Shown: piece after piece, positions 59,016-64,000 of the stretch
Layout: the number at the start of each line of letters is the position of its first letter
Position numbering within the stretch: position 1 is the stretch's first letter
DNA from: Candidatus Saccharimonadia bacterium
Lineage (GTDB): Bacteria > Patescibacteriota > Saccharimonadia > Saccharimonadales > JALRHH01
DNA length: 64,000 nt
Assembly: GCA_023253175.1 (NCBI GenBank)
Contig: JALRHH010000001.1
Span: 24,130 to 88,129, forward strand
Direction: 5' to 3'
Made by a program: the position numbers and the translations under genes
The notes under the pieces: model-generated
The model's input: only the letters and a program-made list of their open reading frames with translations
What the model was told of the DNA's origin: nothing
Database searches by the model: none

Positions 59016-59862
59016 TGCATTTTCATTTGAGGCTATCGGTACTCACTGGCTCATTGAGCATGACCTAGATAGCGTAACAATAGGGCAGTTTATACTTGAT
59101 CGGATTGAGCTGTTTGATAAGGCATATTCTCGATTTAGGGAAGATTCAATCGTATCAAAAATATCGCAGCAGGGTGGAACGTTTGCGTTGCCCGATGATG
59201 CCGCAGTACTTTTCGATCTCTATGATCAGTTATACGAATCAACCTCAGGGCTTGTAACGCCGCTGATTGGAAATACCTTGTCTGACGCCGGATATGACGC
59301 ACGGTATAGTTTATCGTTTACGCAGAAGACGGTTGCACCAGAAATGAGTTTTGTCATGAAAAGGGAGGGTAATATGGTGACGCTGTCCGAGCCCGTGCTC
59401 ATAGATATTGGCGCCGCAGGTAAGGGCTATTTAGTAGATATTATTGCTGGCTTGATTACTGATGCGGGGGCCACAAAGTTTATCATCAATGCTGGGGGTG
59501 ACATTTTAGTATCTTCTGGCGATGGGATGACTCAGGTGGCGCTTGAGCATCCCAAGGATGCATCTCAGGCGATAGGTATTGCATCAATACGTTCGGGAAG
59601 TATTTGTGGTTCATCAATTTATCTTCGCAGCTGGGGGTCGCATCACCACGTCATTAACCCAAAGACTGGGGAGTCGCCAATGCATATTCAAGCGGTGTGG
59701 GTGTATGCGAAAAATGCATTAACTGCTGATGGAATTTCTACCGCCTTATTTTTTGAAAAACCACAAAAGCTGAAGACAAGGTTTGATTTTGAATATGCCA
59801 TAATGAATGCAGACAATTCGCTGCATTATTCGCGTAATTTTCCGGCAACTTTTTTTGAATAG
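58966..59862 (+). CDS. apbE: FAD:protein FMN transferase (ApbE family)
   Basis: ApbE hallmarks FEAIGTHWLIE, DIGAAGKGYLVD and a C-terminal GISTALFF. The reading frame overlaps the 3' end of the FMN-binding gene; the exact start (58966-58978) is uncertain. Confidence 0.75.
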   Translation: MHLMMRSTKSEAKPRLNAFSFEAIGTHWLIEHDLDSVTIGQFILDRIELFDKAYSRFREDSIVSKISQQGGTFALPDDAAVLFDLYDQLYESTSGLVTPLIGNTLSDAGYDARYSLSFTQKTVAPEMSFVMKREGNMVTLSEPVLIDIGAAGKGYLVDIIAGLITDAGATKFIINAGGDILVSSGDGMTQVALEHPKDASQAIGIASIRSGSICGSSIYLRSWGSHHHVINPKTGESPMHIQAVWVYAKNALTADGISTALFFEKPQKLKTRFDFEYAIMNADNSLHYSRNFPATFFE

Positions 59863-59874
59863 TAAGGAATATGT

Positions 59875-61359
59875 ATGCTTGCCAAACTTGACGATATTTT
59901 AAACAGAGTTACGATGTACCGCCTGGTTACGTACGGCCTCAGTCTTTTAACTATAGTTACCTTTGTATTTAGCATGACGGGAGTCCTGGATTTCACTCCG
60001 CTTGCCATGGCTGCATCTTTGACTGTGATTATGGTAACTGGCTTTGCTGCAAATCAATTTTTGCAGCGTCTGTTGTCAATTCCAGCTAATACTGAATCAG
60101 GGCTCATCACGTGTTTCATTTTATTTTTTCTACTGACACCAACAGGGCTTGCGAGTGAACTCTTCATTGCAGCGCTCGCTACAATCATTGCAATTGCTTC
60201 AAAGTTTTTACTTACTCTCCACGGCAAGCATATTTTCAATCCAGCGGCTTTTGGGGCGGCTATTGTTGGGCTCCTGGGTCTTGGCCATGCTGGGTGGTGG
60301 ATTGGGTCTAGTAGCTTATGGCCCTTTACGCTTGTACTCGGACTTTTGGTTATTCGTAAACTTAGGCGAAGCAGCATGGTCTTCAGTTTCTTTGTCGCCA
60401 GTAGCATTGTAAGTAGCTTCCTTGCTATGCAACACGGTGTTTCATTCGAGGAAAATATACGCATACTGCTATTGTCTTCTCCGCTGATATTTTTGGGTAC
60501 AATCATGTTGACCGAGCCATCGACGATGCCCCCAAGACGAAAGCAGCGGGTGGTATTTGCGGTCATTGCTGGTGCCTTATTTGCTTGGCATCCTGGGGCG
60601 GGGCTACTGTATGTATATCCGGAGACAGCGCTACTAGTTGCAAATATCTATGCGTTTGCAGTTAGTCCAAAGCGCAGATGGGTACTAACTTTTGTCAGAA
60701 GAACCAGGCAGGGTAAAGACAGTTACGATTATGAATTTCGGACGAATACATCAGTCAGCTTTAAAGCTGGCCAGTATATGGAATACACCGTTCCGCTACC
60801 ACTCAGACAAGTTGATGATAGGGGTAATAGGCGTACGTTTACTATCGCGTCTTCTCCGACTGAAAATATAGTCCATGTTGGAATCAGAATACCGAAAAGA
60901 TCAAGCAAATTTAAGCAGATGTTTGATGGGATGAAGTCAGGTGATGTTATTTTCGCGGGTCAAGTAGCCGGAGATTTTGTTTTACCCAATGATCCTAGCC
61001 GTAAGATTATTGGTATCGCAGGCGGCGTGGGGGTAACACCATTTAGAAGTATGGTAAAACAGCTTATCGATACTGGCCAGAAGCGCGATATGGTGCTTAT
61101 TTATATGACCAGAGCAAAAGATGACTTTATGTATGACGATGTATTTAGGGATGCTAAGCGGGTAGGCGTAACAGTAGAGTATGTTGTAGCTGAATCTGGT
61201 ATGACGGAACAGCAACTGGCTCAGTTGGTTCCTGATATAAAGCAGAGAAGCGTTTATGTTTCTGGCCCACCGGCTATGACGCGGCATACTAAAACTCTCG
61301 TTAAGAAGCTTGGTGTTCGAAAATCAGCTATAAAAACCGATTACTTTGCGGGTTATTAA
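59875..61359 (+). CDS. Fusion oxidoreductase: NqrB/RnfD-like polytopic membrane domain + ferredoxin-NADP+-reductase-like FAD/NAD(P)H-binding domain
   Basis: N-terminal ~270 aa with at least eight TM helices carrying the NqrB/RnfD motifs GKHIFNPAAFG and IMLTEPST (resembles FMATDPVT). The C-terminal domain has the FAD-binding RTFTIASSP (RxYS) and the NAD(P)-binding GIAGGVGVTPF motifs. Confidence 0.7.
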   Translation: MLAKLDDILNRVTMYRLVTYGLSLLTIVTFVFSMTGVLDFTPLAMAASLTVIMVTGFAANQFLQRLLSIPANTESGLITCFILFFLLTPTGLASELFIAALATIIAIASKFLLTLHGKHIFNPAAFGAAIVGLLGLGHAGWWIGSSSLWPFTLVLGLLVIRKLRRSSMVFSFFVASSIVSSFLAMQHGVSFEENIRILLLSSPLIFLGTIMLTEPSTMPPRRKQRVVFAVIAGALFAWHPGAGLLYVYPETALLVANIYAFAVSPKRRWVLTFVRRTRQGKDSYDYEFRTNTSVSFKAGQYMEYTVPLPLRQVDDRGNRRTFTIASSPTENIVHVGIRIPKRSSKFKQMFDGMKSGDVIFAGQVAGDFVLPNDPSRKIIGIAGGVGVTPFRSMVKQLIDTGQKRDMVLIYMTRAKDDFMYDDVFRDAKRVGVTVEYVVAESGMTEQQLAQLVPDIKQRSVYVSGPPAMTRHTKTLVKKLGVRKSAIKTDYFAGY

Positions 61360-62610
61360 TTACTTGCTGAGCTCCTGAATCAGGGATTTTATTTCAGAAT
61401 AATCGCTTACTCCTGCTGCTGGAATAAGCGCGGATTGGCCACTTGATGTTCGATAACTTGCAAGATAGTTAGTGCCCTTGTTGTCCCTGAGGTTGACCTG
61501 CTGCATACTTGCTTCGGGTATAGATTGCATAATGCGGTAAAGAGGCAAAACTTGATTAATCTTAATATCGGTAGCAATGTTATCGGCCGCGGCGTCAAAA
61601 AGTGGCTTATTTTTACGTGGATCAATGATGAATGAGGTTGTGATCTCTGCTTTGATTGCTGCAAATACTTTTTGCTGGTTTTGGGTACGATTAAAGTCAG
61701 AAAGCGGGAAGCCGTACGAGCCGGCAGTTGAGCCTCGGGCACGCGTGAGCCTTAGTGCTGTCTGTCCATCAATGCGATGCTGACCATTGGCGAGCTTAAG
61801 TGGTCCACCTTCCTCTGGCTTGAAGTTCGGGTCATAAATACCGCGTTCGTCACTACTGTCTATAGTTACGGTTATGCCCTCAAGTGCATCAGTGATACTA
61901 CGTACTGCTCCGTAGTTGACGGTAATAGAGTAGTGGGTCTTGATACCAAAGGTATCTTCGATTACTTTTTCCAGTAGCCCAGTCCCGCCGTTAGGGTAGC
62001 CTGACTCAGCAAATGACTGCCGCTCACCAGCCTGGTATGCCTCATTTATTTTTGCAGAGCCATAGTTCGGAATTTTAACGTAAAGATCTCGGGGTATGCT
62101 GAGCATGTAGCCTGTTTTGTCTGCTTTATCCAGGCTGATGATCATAATGGAATCTGTAAGGTTAGCGCCGGCATGACCAGGATCATCGGCAGAATATCCA
62201 ATCATAAGTACATTAGTCCGTCCATTAGTACTGGCTACAGTCCCTGGCACAAGAGCGCCAAATAGGTTACTGCTCCCAAATAATCTTTCACTCGCAGGGG
62301 CTGCATTCTGATAATCCCAAATACCAACTACTAAGAGCGGTGTTATGGCTAAAGTTACTGTAATGAGTAGCGCCTTTTTCCAGCTAAAACGCCGTTTGAC
62401 TCGTTCGGTCTCTTGGTCTCTGAGATCAGCTTCAGAGAATCTTTCCATTGTAGGATCGTTGATAGTTGCTTCGCGGACTTGCCCTGGCTGCCCTGTGGGT
62501 TGATAGGAGCTAAGTGTACGGTTTACATCAAAACGGCTATCTGCCTTGGGGTTTCGTAGCGGTTGTTTGTCGTCATCCATAATACGCTGAATTATATCAT
62601 TGCTGTTCAT
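61360..62610 (-). CDS. LytR-CpsA-Psr (LCP) family cell-envelope phosphotransferase
   Basis: N-terminal TM anchor, LCP catalytic core (NVLMIGYSADDPGHAGANLTDSIMIISLD...SIPRDLYV), and the conserved R/D residues. Confidence 0.85.
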   Translation of the reverse strand: MNSNDIIQRIMDDDKQPLRNPKADSRFDVNRTLSSYQPTGQPGQVREATINDPTMERFSEADLRDQETERVKRRFSWKKALLITVTLAITPLLVVGIWDYQNAAPASERLFGSSNLFGALVPGTVASTNGRTNVLMIGYSADDPGHAGANLTDSIMIISLDKADKTGYMLSIPRDLYVKIPNYGSAKINEAYQAGERQSFAESGYPNGGTGLLEKVIEDTFGIKTHYSITVNYGAVRSITDALEGITVTIDSSDERGIYDPNFKPEEGGPLKLANGQHRIDGQTALRLTRARGSTAGSYGFPLSDFNRTQNQQKVFAAIKAEITTSFIIDPRKNKPLFDAAADNIATDIKINQVLPLYRIMQSIPEASMQQVNLRDNKGTNYLASYRTSSGQSALIPAAGVSDYSEIKSLIQELSK

Positions 62611-62704
62611 AAACGAGCGGAGTATATTATATAAAACAATAATAATATATTGATTTACAATAAATATTATGCAATTATAGAAATATTAAATAGGAATTTA
62701 AAAA

Positions 62705-63187
62705 ATGAATAACTTACCTACTTTGCTCATGAGACTTGTTGTAATAGGCATCGCCTTGTTGGCTACTGCCGTATCCTCGCTCTTGGCTTTTATTGTGTAT
62801 TCAGGTTGGGCACGTGAGATGCCAGAATACGCAGCACTGCGGTATCCGTTCGTTACAATCTTTTTACTGAATATATTGCCTGTCGTTTTTGCTGCCTTTC
62901 AGCTATTCAAGCTCCTGGGCTACATAGATAAAAAGAAGGCATTTTCAAAACTTTCAATCCTGGCGGTGAAAAAAATAAAGTATGCAATGCTTACGATGAC
63001 TGGGCTGTATGCGCTTGTACTGCCGGGTGTATATTTGGTTGCTGATAAAGACGATGCGCCGGGTCTCATATTGATCGGAATGCTATTTGTCTGCGCGCCA
63101 TTGTCTGTGGCAATATTTGCGGCAGTTGTGCAAGGGCTTTTCCAAAATGCAATTGATCTTAAATCTGAAAATGATTTAACGGTATAA
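62705..63187 (+). CDS. DUF2975-family membrane protein
   Basis: Four-TM protein of ~160 aa immediately upstream (3 nt) of a small XRE-type HTH gene. This is the conserved DUF2975-HTH pair. Confidence 0.65.
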   Translation: MNNLPTLLMRLVVIGIALLATAVSSLLAFIVYSGWAREMPEYAALRYPFVTIFLLNILPVVFAAFQLFKLLGYIDKKKAFSKLSILAVKKIKYAMLTMTGLYALVLPGVYLVADKDDAPGLILIGMLFVCAPLSVAIFAAVVQGLFQNAIDLKSENDLTV

Positions 63188-63190
63188 GTC

Positions 63191-63403
63191 ATGGCAATCG
63201 TAATTAACATTGATGTTATGCTTGCCAAGCGAAAAATGAGCGTAACTGAGCTTGCTGAAAAAGTTGGTATTACTATGGCTAACCTCTCGATTCTTAAGAA
63301 TGGCCATGCGAAGGCTGTTCGATTTTCGACACTTGCGGCAATCTGTGCGGCGTTAGAGTGTCAGCCTGGCGATATTCTCGAGTATGTTTCTGATACCGTG
63401 TAA
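63191..63403 (+). CDS. XRE-family helix-turn-helix transcriptional regulator (DUF2975 partner)
   Basis: MSVTELAEKVGITMANLSILKNGHAKAVRFSTLAAICAALECQPGDIL is a classic Cro/C1-type HTH. Confidence 0.8.
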   Translation: MAIVINIDVMLAKRKMSVTELAEKVGITMANLSILKNGHAKAVRFSTLAAICAALECQPGDILEYVSDTV

Positions 63404-63476
63404 TACATCCTACAGCCTTTAGCTTGAACATGTCATATAGTACCTGTTATTACGTAGTGAATAGGAGTTGCCAGGC

Positions 63477-63650
63477 ATGAATAAATTTGGACCCAAAGCA
63501 CAAGAGGAAGTCAAAAAAGCAGTCCACGAAATGAAGGAAGGCAAGCTTAAGAGCGGCCAGAGTGGCAAAAAAGTTACGAGTCGCAAACAAGCAATTGCTA
63601 TTGGATTATCAGAGGCCCGTAAAAAAGGCGCCAAAGCTCCCACCAAATAG
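63477..63650 (+). CDS. Small Lys-rich hypothetical protein (57 aa)
   Basis: AGGAG RBS 9 nt upstream of the ATG at 63477. Highly basic (KxxK repeats). No motif recognised. Confidence 0.4.
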   Translation: MNKFGPKAQEEVKKAVHEMKEGKLKSGQSGKKVTSRKQAIAIGLSEARKKGAKAPTK

Positions 63651-63653
63651 GCC

Positions 63654-64000
63654 TTATATCTTGGAGACGTAAAGATTGTTTCGTATGTAAAACCTCCACG
63701 GTGTCTCCTTGGCTTTGGAGATGCCAATCCGAGTCGTGGTTACAATTTCACCTGATGACAGTGTAGGTTGGATGATAATCTTTAGTGGGCTATGTCGTAA
63801 ATCATGGCCATTCAGGCGCTTGTCTATTCCCATGGCCTGACATAATTTTGCAGGACCATTTGTGAGCTCAAACTCTGGCCTATCACCCCGGCGTTTAGCC
63901 ATAATATCCTGACCTTCTAGTGGTTCTAATGCCCGTATCAGTACAGCACTCCCTGTGCCCTGTGGCCCTGTTACGACATTGCAGCAGTAGTGCATGCCGT
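63654..64000 (-). CDS. DNA-3-methyladenine glycosylase (MPG/AAG family), 5'-partial (N-terminus beyond window end)
   Basis: C-terminal half of an Mpg-family glycosylase (GPQGTGSAVLIRALEPLEG...GPAKLCQAMGID). The ORF remains open to the window edge. Confidence 0.75.
   Translation of the reverse strand, partial: GMHYCCNVVTGPQGTGSAVLIRALEPLEGQDIMAKRRGDRPEFELTNGPAKLCQAMGIDKRLNGHDLRHSPLKIIIQPTLSSGEIVTTTRIGISKAKETPWRFYIRNNLYVSKI

Overview
64 kb of a compact bacterial chromosome read with the standard genetic code (TGA/TAA/TAG all act as stops; overall GC looks mid-40s%, estimated by eye). Genes are tightly packed, with many 1-4 nt stop/start overlaps. The gene content (T4SS/TrbC-like pilin N-terminal domain, DUF2207, many ORFan surface proteins, small co-directional operons) suggests a small-genome Patescibacteria/Saccharibacteria-like organism, but this is inference only. 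Housekeeping genes: uvrA (5'-truncated by the window edge), uvrC, ligA, leuS, rplY (L25/Ctc), rpmF (L32), nusB, rnc, rpsP, a KH-domain protein, trmD, secG, pepP-like M24 peptidase, htpX/lemA, an LCP protein and a MurF-like ligase. RNA genes: eight tRNAs, namely Leu-CAG, Leu-GAG, Val-TAC, Phe-GAA, Gly-GCC, Cys-GCA, Leu-TAA and Ala-GGC. Six of them are interleaved with ORFan genes in about 4 kb. Accessory or unusual content: (1) a complete aerobic respiratory module: type II NADH dehydrogenase, two FAD-linked (GlcD-like) dehydrogenases, heme O synthase and a cyoABCD cytochrome bo3 quinol oxidase whose CyoD carries an extra His/Cys-rich domain. (2) A Ni-superoxide dismutase (sodN) with its maturation peptidase (sodX); the SodN looks strongly actinobacterial. 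(3) A three-gene flavinylation module: an extracytosolic FMN-binding protein, an ApbE flavin transferase, and a fusion of an NqrB/RnfD-like membrane domain to a ferredoxin-NADP-reductase-like domain. (4) A TrbC/VirB2-like pilin N-terminus fused to a glycerophosphodiester-phosphodiesterase-like domain. (5) A 25-nt direct repeat of the tRNA-Ala 3' end, which looks like an att-site scar. (6) A 355-bp highly structured intergenic region at the position where rimM normally sits between the KH protein gene and trmD. No rRNA, CRISPR array, or intact transposase/integrase gene was seen.
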